The notes under the pieces: generated by a model | What the model saw: only the letters and a program-made list of their open reading frames with translations | Databases searched by the model: none | What the model was told of the DNA's origin: nothing | Program-made: the position numbers and the translations under genes | Part shown: positions 17,406 to 26,800 of the stretch, piece by piece | Layout of the letters: the number at the start of each line of letters is the position of its first letter | Numbering within the stretch: the first letter of the stretch is position 1 | Source: Candidatus Kerfeldbacteria bacterium | GTDB lineage: Bacteria > Patescibacteriota > Patescibacteriia > UBA9570 > XYC2-FULL-38-9 | Assembly: GCA_043813585.1 (NCBI GenBank) | Contig: JBDRKW010000018.1 | Location: forward strand, 3,352-67,351 | DNA length: 64,000 nucleotides | Reading direction: 5' to 3'

Positions 17406-17779
17406 TTTGTTGGCCTCCTTTTCTCTACGAGGCAGCCAAGAGCCGGCTCGTCATCTGTATGGGGGATGAACCAGAGGTCTTCGAGAAGACTGGCGTGCAG
17501 TTTTTTCTTCCACTTCACAATCAGCGGAATCAGCTGCATCTCCCGGTTGTCGATGCATATCGTCAGCGTCGCATACCAGGTCGGGTAACTGCAGCCGGGG
17601 ACCTCGGTCCAGGTAACGTCACTGGTGCGCGTCGGGTTAACGACTAATGCTCGCTCATTGAGCAGCACGATCCCGCTCGTGCGTGCTATGGTAACTAACA
17701 GGTTGAACAGCCACCCGCGGGCATGGCCCCGACAGCGTTCTTTCAACACGGCGACCAGCGTAATGCGATACCTTGCCAT
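17402..17779 (-). CDS. hypothetical basic protein (125 aa), first gene of overlapping pair
   Basis: GAGGAGG RBS 7 nt upstream of ATG. No recognisable domain. Confidence 0.55.
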   Translation of the reverse strand: MARYRITLVAVLKERCRGHARGWLFNLLVTIARTSGIVLLNERALVVNPTRTSDVTWTEVPGCSYPTWYATLTICIDNREMQLIPLIVKWKKKLHASLLEDLWFIPHTDDEPALGCLVEKRRPTK

Positions 17780-17903
17780 CGGCGTGTCCTCCTCATAGTG
17801 GATACGGGCATGAATTGTGCATGTGGTTTGTATAAGGAAAAGCTGGTATTGTCAATCAGCAGTACGACTTCACATAATATCGTGAAATTGGTAGCGTAGA
17901 GGC

Positions 17904-19388
17904 ATGGAAAAAAAGATCAAATGGGAATACCACTGGGCAAGGAAATTTTCCGCTTCTCGTTTTGAAGTGGTGATGCGCGTGTTTTTCAGCGATTTTTACA
18001 GGCAGGAATTTGGAGTGGAGATGGGGAACACCCTTATCGCGCCGGTCTATAAGAACCACGCAATTTACCATGACCCGGACGAATGGGATGCGTTCGAACG
18101 CAAGGTATATATTAAGGCAGCGCATTCACTAAGCGCGTTCAGCCGATATAAGAAGATGATAGTGCGCAATCAGGAGCGTTTTTTGAAAGTGTGCACGCAG
18201 ATTGCCGGTGAAGACCTGGAAAATGCAAGCCTAGAGCAGCACAGTGAATGGTATGAGGAATATATGTCGGCCTGCCAGGATTTTTTCAATGCCGCAATCT
18301 GGATACCGTTTATTATCGAGCCGCTTATATGCTCAGACGTAAAAGACGAGTTAGAAAAGATCGTTAAAGAGCACAACTCCACCGGGCAGTTCCAGGAATT
18401 GTTTGACGCTATATTTGTTCCGGAAAAGAAAAACGCGATAATGCAGGAGCGGGAAGAGATGTTGCGCATTGTACAGGGCGTGCGTGAGAAACAAATGACC
18501 GAAACCGATACACAAACGCAGCTACAAGCGCATGCCAAAAAATTTAGATGGATCCCGTGTTATGACATTATGGACAGCCCATGGTCTGAGAGCGATTTCG
18601 CACAATCGTTCAAAGAGACACTTGAAGATGACGTCAGGGAAGAGCTCCGGCAGTTTCAGGATTTTTCAAAACGAAAAGAGCGGTTCACGGCTGCGTTGGC
18701 CGCGTTTAATAAAATGGGATGTACAGAGGAGCAGCGTACACTATTTACGATCGCACATGACATAGCATATATCAAAGACGAGCGGGACGATTTTCGGCGG
18801 CAGGGTTCGTATTTAATTCAGCCGCTGTTCATTTCGATTGGGAAGCTGATGGGCGGATTACCATTACGTGAAGTCGCGAACCTGCTCTCTGATGAGGTGC
18901 GTGACTTTTTCAAAACGCAGCAGCTGCCGTCTGAAGAAAAGATCCAGGAACGCGTCAACGGGTACGTACTGCTGCGTAAGGACGGGGAACCGGACATTCA
19001 TATCTACAGCGGCGCGGAAGTAAAAAAGATCATGAAGTCCGAGCTGTCCCATCTGAAGATGACAACGGGCACCGAAGTGTCAGGCACGGTTGGATCGGCC
19101 GGCATCGCAACCGGCCCGGCGCGCCTGGTCATCACAAAGCACGACCTGCGGAAAGTGATGGACGGCGATATTATGGTGGCGGTCACGACTCACCCGGATT
19201 TTGTGCCGGCCATGCGCAGGTGCGCCGCGATCGTGACGGATGAAGGCGGGATAACCAGTCACGCGGCAATCGTCAGCCGGGAGCTCGGCATCCCGTGCGT
19301 TGTCGGAACACAGCAGGCAACATCTACATTTGTGGACGGAGATAAAATGAAAGTGGACGCTGTAAGAGGGAAGGTAAGAATTCAGTAA
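17904..19388 (+). CDS. PEP-utilizing enzyme mobile (phosphohistidine swivel) domain protein with unknown N-terminal region
   Basis: C-terminal about 100 aa: GPARLV...VAVTTHPDFVPAMRRCAAIVTDEGGITSHAAIVSRELGIPCVVG (PF00391-like catalytic His). N-terminal 390 aa has no ATP-grasp motifs. GC about 47%. Confidence 0.6.
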   Translation: MEKKIKWEYHWARKFSASRFEVVMRVFFSDFYRQEFGVEMGNTLIAPVYKNHAIYHDPDEWDAFERKVYIKAAHSLSAFSRYKKMIVRNQERFLKVCTQIAGEDLENASLEQHSEWYEEYMSACQDFFNAAIWIPFIIEPLICSDVKDELEKIVKEHNSTGQFQELFDAIFVPEKKNAIMQEREEMLRIVQGVREKQMTETDTQTQLQAHAKKFRWIPCYDIMDSPWSESDFAQSFKETLEDDVREELRQFQDFSKRKERFTAALAAFNKMGCTEEQRTLFTIAHDIAYIKDERDDFRRQGSYLIQPLFISIGKLMGGLPLREVANLLSDEVRDFFKTQQLPSEEKIQERVNGYVLLRKDGEPDIHIYSGAEVKKIMKSELSHLKMTTGTEVSGTVGSAGIATGPARLVITKHDLRKVMDGDIMVAVTTHPDFVPAMRRCAAIVTDEGGITSHAAIVSRELGIPCVVGTQQATSTFVDGDKMKVDAVRGKVRIQ

Positions 19389-19435
19389 AAAAAGAGCACG
19401 ACATCATTTCTTGCCGTGCGTCGCTCAGCTAAATG

Positions 19436-20035
19436 TCAGTTGGGCAGAGGTCTGACGCTGGACTGCCTTGAGGGCAGCTCGTCATCGATACTCTCGGAAC
19501 CCTCGTCCAGGACCGACTCGCCGCGCCAGTCCTCTTCCGGGTCGCCGAACGCGTCCACCTCCAGGCCGGTGAGGATCAGCATGCAGGTGCATGCGTGGCC
19601 CTCTTCGGAGGTGCCGCATTCGTCGTCGCAGTCCGCCTCCATCATCTGGCGGCCGGCGTCGATCGCGGCGCGAACATCCTCACTGCTGACGCAGTAGACG
19701 CCGCTGAGCATGTTCACCATGTCGTCCGAGACGTTGGCCATCGGGACTCCGAGATCGAAGCCCAGGTTCCCGATCTCGCACCCGTGGTTGAGCGCCGGCG
19801 CGATCCGCAGCATCAGCCGCAGCATCAGGTTGGCCGCGTACATGGCCTCGCTCGGATGCGCGGCGATGACGGCGACCAGCTCATCATGCTCGTTCTCGTC
19901 GAACTCGCCGGCCTCGTGGTACTCGTCGGCGAGCTGTACCAGCAGGCCGGGCTCCCCATCGAAGTAACCGTCTTCATCGATCTTCCCGATCAGTTCCAGT
20001 ATCGTCTGTTGCAGCCGTGGATCCCTGTTGTCCAT
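19436..20035 (-). CDS. hypothetical acidic protein
   Basis: Start set at ATG (MDNRDPRL) with GGAGAGGG RBS. Asp/Glu-rich with a CDDECG...HACTC cluster. GC about 63%. Confidence 0.45.
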   Translation of the reverse strand: MDNRDPRLQQTILELIGKIDEDGYFDGEPGLLVQLADEYHEAGEFDENEHDELVAVIAAHPSEAMYAANLMLRLMLRIAPALNHGCEIGNLGFDLGVPMANVSDDMVNMLSGVYCVSSEDVRAAIDAGRQMMEADCDDECGTSEEGHACTCMLILTGLEVDAFGDPEEDWRGESVLDEGSESIDDELPSRQSSVRPLPN

Positions 20036-20130
20036 GTGCCCTCTCCGTCTTCTTTGCTGCGTGATTGCAGCATTGTTGCATTGAGCGAATCTCAGAATAT
20101 CATGCATACAGCCGCTGTCAACGCACCGGT

Positions 20131-20158
20131 TTGTAAAAAAGGTCGTATTTGCTACAAT
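20131..20158 (+). promoter_or_regulatory. promoter for trxA (TTGTAA -16- TACAAT)
   Basis: Hexamers about 35 nt upstream of the trxA ATG. Confidence 0.45.
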
Positions 20159-20191
20159 GCATGCACGTAATTTGTTTAATGCATACTACAA

Positions 20192-20515
20192 ATGGCACAA
20201 GAAATCACAGACGCGACATTTAAGGCAGAAGTGCTGGAATCAGAGGTTCCGGTGCTCGTTGATTTTTGGGCTCCATGGTGCGGCCCGTGCAAGCAGCTCG
20301 GCCCTATTGTCGAAGAGCTGGCAAAGGACAACGAAGGCAAGGCGGTGAAGGTTTTTAAGATAAATATTGACGAGAATAGCGACACACCGGGACAGTACGG
20401 CGTGATGAGCATACCGACGCTGGTGTTCTTCAAAGGCGGCCAACCAGTAGACCAGATGGTCGGCGTGCAGGACAAGGCAACGCTTCAGGCAAAGCTCGAT
20501 GAGCTCGCAGGATAA
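20192..20515 (+). CDS. trxA: thioredoxin
   Basis: WCGPC active site; 107 aa. Confidence 0.9.
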   Translation: MAQEITDATFKAEVLESEVPVLVDFWAPWCGPCKQLGPIVEELAKDNEGKAVKVFKINIDENSDTPGQYGVMSIPTLVFFKGGQPVDQMVGVQDKATLQAKLDELAG

Positions 20516-21470
20516 CAATTCAACCGATTACGACGTAATCATTATCGGGGGCGCGGCTGCAGGCCTGACAGCTGCGCTTTATGCTTCACGCAAGGCGCTC
20601 CGGACACTGGTGATCGCCAAAGCGCTCGGCGGCCAGGCGGCCATGACTCCTTCGATCGAAAATTATCCCGGTACGCAGAAGATCGGCGGTATCGAACTTA
20701 TGTCGAATTTTCTGGAGCACGCAAAAGCGAATGGCGCGCAGATCAAATACGAAACAGCCGCAGGGGTCGGGAAAAAAGACGATGCATTCGAAGTAAAGAC
20801 AAATGCCGAAACCTATCATGCGCCAGTAGTGATCCTTGCCTATGGCCTGACCCCGCGGAATATGGATGTGCCGGGCGAAAAGGAGTTCCAAGGAAAAGGC
20901 GTGACCTACTGCGCCACCTGTGACGGGCCGCTGTTCAAAAACCGAAAGACGGCAGTGGTCGGCGGTACGCAGGACGCGCTCGAGTCGGCGCTGTATCTTG
21001 CCAAGCTCGGGTCGGAGGTGACGCTCATTCATGATAAGGATGGCTACCCCGCATGGAAAAATCTTTTTGAACAGGTCCAGGCAAATTCATCCATCACCGT
21101 CATGCTCAACACCGAGGTTGTCCGCGTTGAAGGGGACAAGGTCGTGAGCGGAATTGTGGTCAACGGACCGGACGGCGAAGCGACGGTTGAAGTCGCGGGC
21201 ATCTTTGTTGAAAAAGGCCATCGGATCGATTCATCCTGGTGCGCCGATTTGGTGGAATGCAACCCGCGCGGTATGATTCGGGTGAACAAGGCGCAGGAGA
21301 CCAAAACGCCCGGCCTGTTTGCAGCCGGCGACGTGACCAACCAGCGCGACAAGCAGGTGGTCATTTCCGCGGCCGCAGGGGCGGTCGCCGCGTTATCCGC
21401 GTTCAAGTACCTGCAGGAAAAGGAGGGCAAGAACGTGGTGACGAACGACTGGGAACATTCTGAAGAATAA
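20499..21470 (+). CDS. trxB: thioredoxin-disulfide reductase
   Basis: [16 protein letters not shown] motif; CATCDG redox-active disulfide; 17-nt overlap with trxA. Confidence 0.9.
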   Translation: MSSQDNNSTDYDVIIIGGAAAGLTAALYASRKALRTLVIAKALGGQAAMTPSIENYPGTQKIGGIELMSNFLEHAKANGAQIKYETAAGVGKKDDAFEVKTNAETYHAPVVILAYGLTPRNMDVPGEKEFQGKGVTYCATCDGPLFKNRKTAVVGGTQDALESALYLAKLGSEVTLIHDKDGYPAWKNLFEQVQANSSITVMLNTEVVRVEGDKVVSGIVVNGPDGEATVEVAGIFVEKGHRIDSSWCADLVECNPRGMIRVNKAQETKTPGLFAAGDVTNQRDKQVVISAAAGAVAALSAFKYLQEKEGKNVVTNDWEHSEE

Positions 21471-21480
21471 TCCAATACCT

Positions 21481-22671
21481 ATGCCATCAATATCAAAACG
21501 AGCCCAAAGCATGCCGGCCTCTCCGCTGCGCAAACTGGTTGATACGGTGAAACAGCGGGAGAAGGACGGGCTGAAGGTCTATTACCTGAATATCGGACAG
21601 CCGGACCTGGAAACGCCCAAAACATTTTATAAGGCGGTGAAGAAGTTCAGCGACAATCCGGTGGAGTATGCCCGGTCGCAGGGCATTGAAGAATCAATTG
21701 ATGCCTGGCGTGAATATTTTTCATCGGTCGGCATTGAGTTTACCAACGAAGAGATCATGGTGACCACCGGCGGTTCAGAAGCGCTGGCGTTCGCGTTCAG
21801 CGCAGTTGCCGACCCGGGCGACGAGATTATCGTGTTCGAACCGTTTTATACCAACTACAACGGATTTGCCACACTCGGCGGCATCAACCTGGCGCCGGTG
21901 ACGACGCGGATAGAAGACGGGTTCCATCTGCCCGATGACGCAACAATCGAAGCGGCGATCAATGAGAAGACAAAAGCGATCGTCATCACCAATCCCTCCA
22001 ACCCGACCGGGACGGTCTATGCGCGCGAAGAGCTGCAACGGCTGGTGGACATTGCGGTGAAGCACGATCTGTTCATCATAACCGACGAGGTTTACCGGGA
22101 AATTGTTTTTGAGGGCGAATGCACAAGCCTTATGTCATTCCCTGAAGCAGCCGACAGGGTGGTGCTGGTTGAAAGTGTTTCTAAGCGGTTCAACATATGC
22201 GGCAGCCGCATCGGCGCGCTCGCCACGCATAATAAAGACGTCTTGACGACAGCAGTGAAGTTTGGCATGGCGCGCTTATCAGCGGCGACCATCGAACAGC
22301 TGGCGGTCATCCCGCTGTTGAAAGACCCTAAACCGATTACCGACCCTTTGAGGGAAGAATACCGCAAGCGGCGCGACGTCGTGTTTGAGGGTTTGCAGGC
22401 AATTGACGGTGTTGTCGCCAAGAAACCGGAAGGCGCTTTCTATATTATATGCGAGCTGCCGGTCGACTCATCGGAGAAATTCGCCAAGTGGATGGCCGAA
22501 GAGTTTGAACACGAAAATGAAACAGTACTGCTCGCACCGGCATCCGGTTTTTACGTCACACCAGGCAAAGGAGAGAAGGAAGTCCGCATCGCGTTCGTGC
22601 TGGATTGCGCAAAACTGCAACGTGCACTAGAATTATTGAAAATCGCCGTTAAACAATACAACGAAAAATAA
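21481..22671 (+). CDS. PLP-dependent aminotransferase class I (aspartate aminotransferase-like)
   Basis: N-terminal ISKRAQSMPASPL pattern. The motif SKRFNICGSRIG marks the PLP-lysine region. Confidence 0.8.
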   Translation: MPSISKRAQSMPASPLRKLVDTVKQREKDGLKVYYLNIGQPDLETPKTFYKAVKKFSDNPVEYARSQGIEESIDAWREYFSSVGIEFTNEEIMVTTGGSEALAFAFSAVADPGDEIIVFEPFYTNYNGFATLGGINLAPVTTRIEDGFHLPDDATIEAAINEKTKAIVITNPSNPTGTVYAREELQRLVDIAVKHDLFIITDEVYREIVFEGECTSLMSFPEAADRVVLVESVSKRFNICGSRIGALATHNKDVLTTAVKFGMARLSAATIEQLAVIPLLKDPKPITDPLREEYRKRRDVVFEGLQAIDGVVAKKPEGAFYIICELPVDSSEKFAKWMAEEFEHENETVLLAPASGFYVTPGKGEKEVRIAFVLDCAKLQRALELLKIAVKQYNEK

Positions 22672-22679
22672 CGAAAACT

Positions 22680-23912
22680 ATGGCAAACCCATTTAAAGCA
22701 GCAAAAGAACAGCTCCGGAAGGCCGCCAGTTACATGGAGATCGACCCGGACATTATTGAGCGCCTCAGCCACCCGAAGCGGGAGCTCCACGTTTCAATCC
22801 CGGTAAAGATGGACGACGGGACCACGAAAGTGTTCACCGGCTACCGCGTACAGCACAACGACGCGCGCGGGCCGTTTAAGGGAGGAATCCGGTTCCATCC
22901 AAAAACGGACATTAACGAAGTGCGTGCATTGTCATTCTGGATGACGTTCAAATGCGCCACTGTCGGTATTCCGTTTGGCGGAGGCAAAGGCGGCGTGACC
23001 GTCGACCCGAAGAAGCTGTCGGAGCGCGAACTGGAACTGCTTTCGCGCGGGTGGGCGCGCGCCATGCGTGATTTCATCGGGCCGGAAAAAGACATCCCGG
23101 CGCCGGACGTCTATACCACGCCGCAGATCATGGGGTGGATCATGGACGAGTATTCGGAAGCCGTGGGCAAGTACTGCCCGGGCGTGGTCACGGGCAAGCC
23201 GATCACCATCGGCGGCTCACAGGGCCGCGGCACGGCAACGGCACAGGGCGGCGTGTATGTGACTGAAGAGCTGATGAAAAAGATGAAGATCAGCAAGCCG
23301 AGCGTCGTGATCCAGGGCTTTGGGAATGCCGGATCCGTTTTCGCGGAACTGGCAGCCAAAAAGGGGTGGAAGGTTATTGCAGTATCCGATTCCCAGGGCG
23401 GCATTGTGAATGAAAAAGGTCTGGACATAAAAAAGGTTGAAGCCCATAAGGAAAAAACAGGCAGCGTGGTCGGGTTCGCGGGCTCAAAAGAGATCGACAA
23501 CGAAAAGATCCTGATGCTGAAATGCGACATCCTCGTGCCGGCAGCGCTCGAAGGCGTGATTACAAAAACCAACGCCAACCGCATCAAGGCAAGAGCGATC
23601 GTGGAACTCGCCAACGGGCCGACGACGCCGGAAGCGGACGAGAAGCTGTTCAAGAAAGGGATCGTACTGGTGCCGGACATCCTGGCCAACGCCGGAGGCG
23701 TGACCGTATCGTATTTTGAATGGGTGCAGAACACCATGAACTACTACTGGACGGAAAAAGAGGCGCTTGAAAAGCTGAAGCCGATCATGGTAACCGCGTT
23801 TAACGACGTCTGGGGCGCTGCGGAAAAGCATAAAACAGATATGCGCACCGGCGCATATATCCATGCAACCGCGCGCATCGCAGCTTCAATGAAGGACCGC
23901 GGAAGGATGTAA
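22680..23912 (+). CDS. gdhA: glutamate dehydrogenase (NADP-type, GdhA family)
   Basis: FKGGIRFHP, GGGKGG and GFGNAGS Rossmann motifs; 410 aa. Confidence 0.9.
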   Translation: MANPFKAAKEQLRKAASYMEIDPDIIERLSHPKRELHVSIPVKMDDGTTKVFTGYRVQHNDARGPFKGGIRFHPKTDINEVRALSFWMTFKCATVGIPFGGGKGGVTVDPKKLSERELELLSRGWARAMRDFIGPEKDIPAPDVYTTPQIMGWIMDEYSEAVGKYCPGVVTGKPITIGGSQGRGTATAQGGVYVTEELMKKMKISKPSVVIQGFGNAGSVFAELAAKKGWKVIAVSDSQGGIVNEKGLDIKKVEAHKEKTGSVVGFAGSKEIDNEKILMLKCDILVPAALEGVITKTNANRIKARAIVELANGPTTPEADEKLFKKGIVLVPDILANAGGVTVSYFEWVQNTMNYYWTEKEALEKLKPIMVTAFNDVWGAAEKHKTDMRTGAYIHATARIAASMKDRGRM

Positions 23913-23930
23913 ACATCAATAGGTTCAAAA

Positions 23931-23954
23931 GGCCGTCGGTAGACGGTCTTTTTC
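23931..23954 (+). terminator. terminator after gdhA
   Basis: GGCCGTC-GGTA-GACGGTC followed by TTTTT. Confidence 0.55.
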
Positions 23955-24078
23955 TTTCGCTTGTAATCGGAAATAAACTATGCAAAGATAATGCCCGTCA
24001 CTATGACACGAACATACCAAAACACCCGCACAGCCTACTGTGCCAGGAATACAAACTGACGTAAAATACGGAGGGACG

Positions 24079-25197
24079 ATGAATCTATTTCTGGATGTCT
24101 TCGCCGAAACCGGCCTTGCGCACCTGACCGTCGGCCACCCGATCATGTGGTTGATCGGTCTGGCGCTGGTCTACCTGGCGATTGCCAGGAAGTATGAGCC
24201 GTACCTGCTGCTTCCGATCGGGTTCGGGACGATCCTCGTGAACATGCCGCTCTCCGGCCTGCTCGACGAGCACGGCCTGATCCGGATCTTCTACTACGGC
24301 ATCCAGTACGAGGTGCTGCCGCCGCTGATCTTCCTGGGGCTCGGCGCTATGACCGACTTCAGCCCGGTGCTCGCCAACAAGAAGACCTTCCTGCTCGGAC
24401 TCGGCGCCCAGGTCGGAGTGTTCGTGGCGTTTGGCGGGGCGATGCTCCTGGGGTTCACGGCGCAGGAGGCCGCGTCAATCGGCATCATCGGCGGAGCGGA
24501 CGGCCCCACCACGATCTACGTGACGAACGCGCTCGCGCCGGACATGATCGGGGCGACGGCCGTGTCGGCCTACGCCTACATGGCACTCGTGCCCATCATC
24601 ATCCCGCCGATCGTCAGGCTGCTCACGAAGGAGAGCGAGCGGACGATACGGATGAAGCAGCTGCGGCCGGTTAGCAAGCTCGAGAAGATCCTCTTCCCGA
24701 TCATCGCGACGTTCGTGATCTGCCTGCTGATCCCTGCAGCCACGACGCTCATGGGCATGTTCATGATCGGCAACCTGTTCAGGGAGTCGGGCGTGGTAAA
24801 GCGGCTGGCCGAGGGTGCGCAGAACGAGCTGATGAACATCGTCACCATCCTGCTGGGGCTCTCCATCAGCATGAAGCTCACGGCCGAGAGTTTCCTGCAG
24901 TGGCAGGTGGTCATGGTGTTCATGCTCGGCCTCGCCGCATTCGCCTGCAGCGTGGCCGGCGGAGTGCTGCTGGCCAAGCTCATGAACTGGTTCCTGCCCG
25001 TGGACAAGGTTATCAATCCGATGATCGGGGCAGCAGGCCTGTCCGCTGTGCCGATGGCGGCGCGGGTGGTCCAGGAGATGGGCATGAAGGAGTGCAGGAC
25101 CAACTACCTGCTGATGCATGCCATGGGGCCGAACGTCGCAGGGGTGATCGGCACGGTGATCGCGGCTGGGTTGTTCATCGCGTTCCTTGGGGGGTGA
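24079..25197 (+). CDS. oadB: Na+-transporting decarboxylase beta subunit (OadB/GcdB/MmdB family)
   Basis: Near-colinear to OadB: LLLPIGFG..., GLGAMTDFSPVLANKKTFLLG, IGIIGGADGPTTIY, MHAMGPNVAGVIG. GGAGGG RBS before MNLFLDV. No alpha or gamma subunit nearby. GC about 62%. Confidence 0.8.
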   Translation: MNLFLDVFAETGLAHLTVGHPIMWLIGLALVYLAIARKYEPYLLLPIGFGTILVNMPLSGLLDEHGLIRIFYYGIQYEVLPPLIFLGLGAMTDFSPVLANKKTFLLGLGAQVGVFVAFGGAMLLGFTAQEAASIGIIGGADGPTTIYVTNALAPDMIGATAVSAYAYMALVPIIIPPIVRLLTKESERTIRMKQLRPVSKLEKILFPIIATFVICLLIPAATTLMGMFMIGNLFRESGVVKRLAEGAQNELMNIVTILLGLSISMKLTAESFLQWQVVMVFMLGLAAFACSVAGGVLLAKLMNWFLPVDKVINPMIGAAGLSAVPMAARVVQEMGMKECRTNYLLMHAMGPNVAGVIGTVIAAGLFIAFLGG

Positions 25198-25215
25198 CGC
25201 GGAAACACACGGAGG

Positions 25216-25247
25216 AAGCGCATTCAGGGGAAACGCGCTCTTTTTTT
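25216..25247 (+). terminator. terminator after oadB
   Basis: AGCGC...GCGCT hairpin followed by TTTTTTT. Confidence 0.5.
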
Positions 25248-25329
25248 ACGCATTTTCTTTATATAGTGCATATCTTTGTTGTTCCGGACCCCCATTTCAG
25301 GTACAATATGACGGAATTAACACCATTCT

Positions 25330-26799
25330 ATGTTCAATGAATTTAAGTCAATCGCACCGCATATCATCCAACCGTCGCTGGAGGAGCTGCGTGAAATGGC
25401 GCGCCACCATGAGCGCACGACAGAGTTCGGCAGCGCGTCGTACATCAGCGAGATCAAGTCCCGCAGCGGCAAATTTACCTCCATCTCCACGGATGACGGC
25501 ATGACGGATGAGGATTTTGCATTATTGGAGGAGGTTAAGAAGCATCTGGCGACGCGCGAGCTCATTCAGCTTGATCGCGTTGTTGCGGCAAAGAGCGAAA
25601 AGATCAAGGCGCGGCTGATTATTCCCAAGGAATGGGCGCGCATTGCATACGGATGGGGTACGCTGTTCTGGGACGAAGGCGCCTTTGACGGCGACCCGGA
25701 CATGCTCACCATCGATATCCCGGACTGGAAAGAGCGCCGCGTGCTGGTGGACCCGGAAACCATGACCAGCATCCTCTGCGGCACGGACTACATCGGCGAA
25801 TCGAAAAAATCCACGCTGCGCCTTGCCATGTATCATATGAAAAAGAAAGGCGGGCTGGGCCTGCATGCCGGCTCAAAACGTTTTACCGCACGCAATACGC
25901 AGACAGGAAAGATGGAAGATCGCGGCGCGATTTTTTTCGGGCTGTCCGGCACGGGGAAGTCAACACTGGTCTGCCACCATTGCGGCATTAATGAAGAAGG
26001 AGAAAGCCAGGCCATCCTCCAGGACGACGTCGTGCTGTTCGATAAGACGGGCGCTGCGTACGGAACGGAAGATAATTTTTACGTAAAGACGATCGGCGTG
26101 GACGAAGAGAGCCAGCCGCTCATTTACAAGGCGCTGACCGATTCCTCGGCGATCATGGAAAACGTGATGGTGCACGAAGACGGCATAGTCGATTTTAACA
26201 GCGACAAGCTGACCGCAAACGGGCGCGCCGTCATTTACAGGACCAAGATGGACTACACGAAGCCGGAAGAGGTGGATCTGAAACTGGCGGACCGGTTTTT
26301 CTTCATTACCAGAAACGGGCTGATGCCGCCGATTGTCCGGCTGAAGCCTGCGCAGGCGGCCAAATATTTCATGCTCGGCGAAACAGTGGAAACAGGCGCC
26401 GGCGACCCGGACGAGATCGGCCAGGCGAAGCGCGTGGTCGGGTTCAACCCGTTCATCATCGGGGCGCCTGGCGAAGAAGGCAACCAGTTCTACGAGATCA
26501 TCAAGTCCTTGCCGGAGATCCGCTGCTATGTGATCAACACCGGCAACATCGAAGGCAGCGAAGGCGTGCATGACATCTCCTTGAAAGAGACCACCGCCCA
26601 CATCCGCGATGTTATGCGCTGGGCGATCGAGTGGGAAATGGACGAGGCCACCGGCTTTGAAGTGCCAAAAGGCGCGGACCTGCACCGCGAGTGCTTTGCC
26701 GAAGGAGAGTTCGGAAAGAAGTGGGAAAAGATCGAGCAGGACCGCAAAGAATACCTGGCGCAATACCCTGCGCTGATCGATGAAATTAACAACGCGTAA
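25330..26799 (+). CDS. pckA: phosphoenolpyruvate carboxykinase (ATP)
   Basis: FFGLSGTGKSTL kinase-1a motif and PEPCK-ATP family layout; 489 aa. Confidence 0.85.
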   Translation: MFNEFKSIAPHIIQPSLEELREMARHHERTTEFGSASYISEIKSRSGKFTSISTDDGMTDEDFALLEEVKKHLATRELIQLDRVVAAKSEKIKARLIIPKEWARIAYGWGTLFWDEGAFDGDPDMLTIDIPDWKERRVLVDPETMTSILCGTDYIGESKKSTLRLAMYHMKKKGGLGLHAGSKRFTARNTQTGKMEDRGAIFFGLSGTGKSTLVCHHCGINEEGESQAILQDDVVLFDKTGAAYGTEDNFYVKTIGVDEESQPLIYKALTDSSAIMENVMVHEDGIVDFNSDKLTANGRAVIYRTKMDYTKPEEVDLKLADRFFFITRNGLMPPIVRLKPAQAAKYFMLGETVETGAGDPDEIGQAKRVVGFNPFIIGAPGEEGNQFYEIIKSLPEIRCYVINTGNIEGSEGVHDISLKETTAHIRDVMRWAIEWEMDEATGFEVPKGADLHRECFAEGEFGKKWEKIEQDRKEYLAQYPALIDEINNA

Positions 26800-26800
26800 T

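Noticed and set aside
16962-17588. 208-aa + strand ORF overlapping the minus-strand two-gene operon
   Set aside because: The minus-strand genes have strong RBSs, an ATGA overlap and a terminator. The + ORF has none of these and is in the antisense frame.
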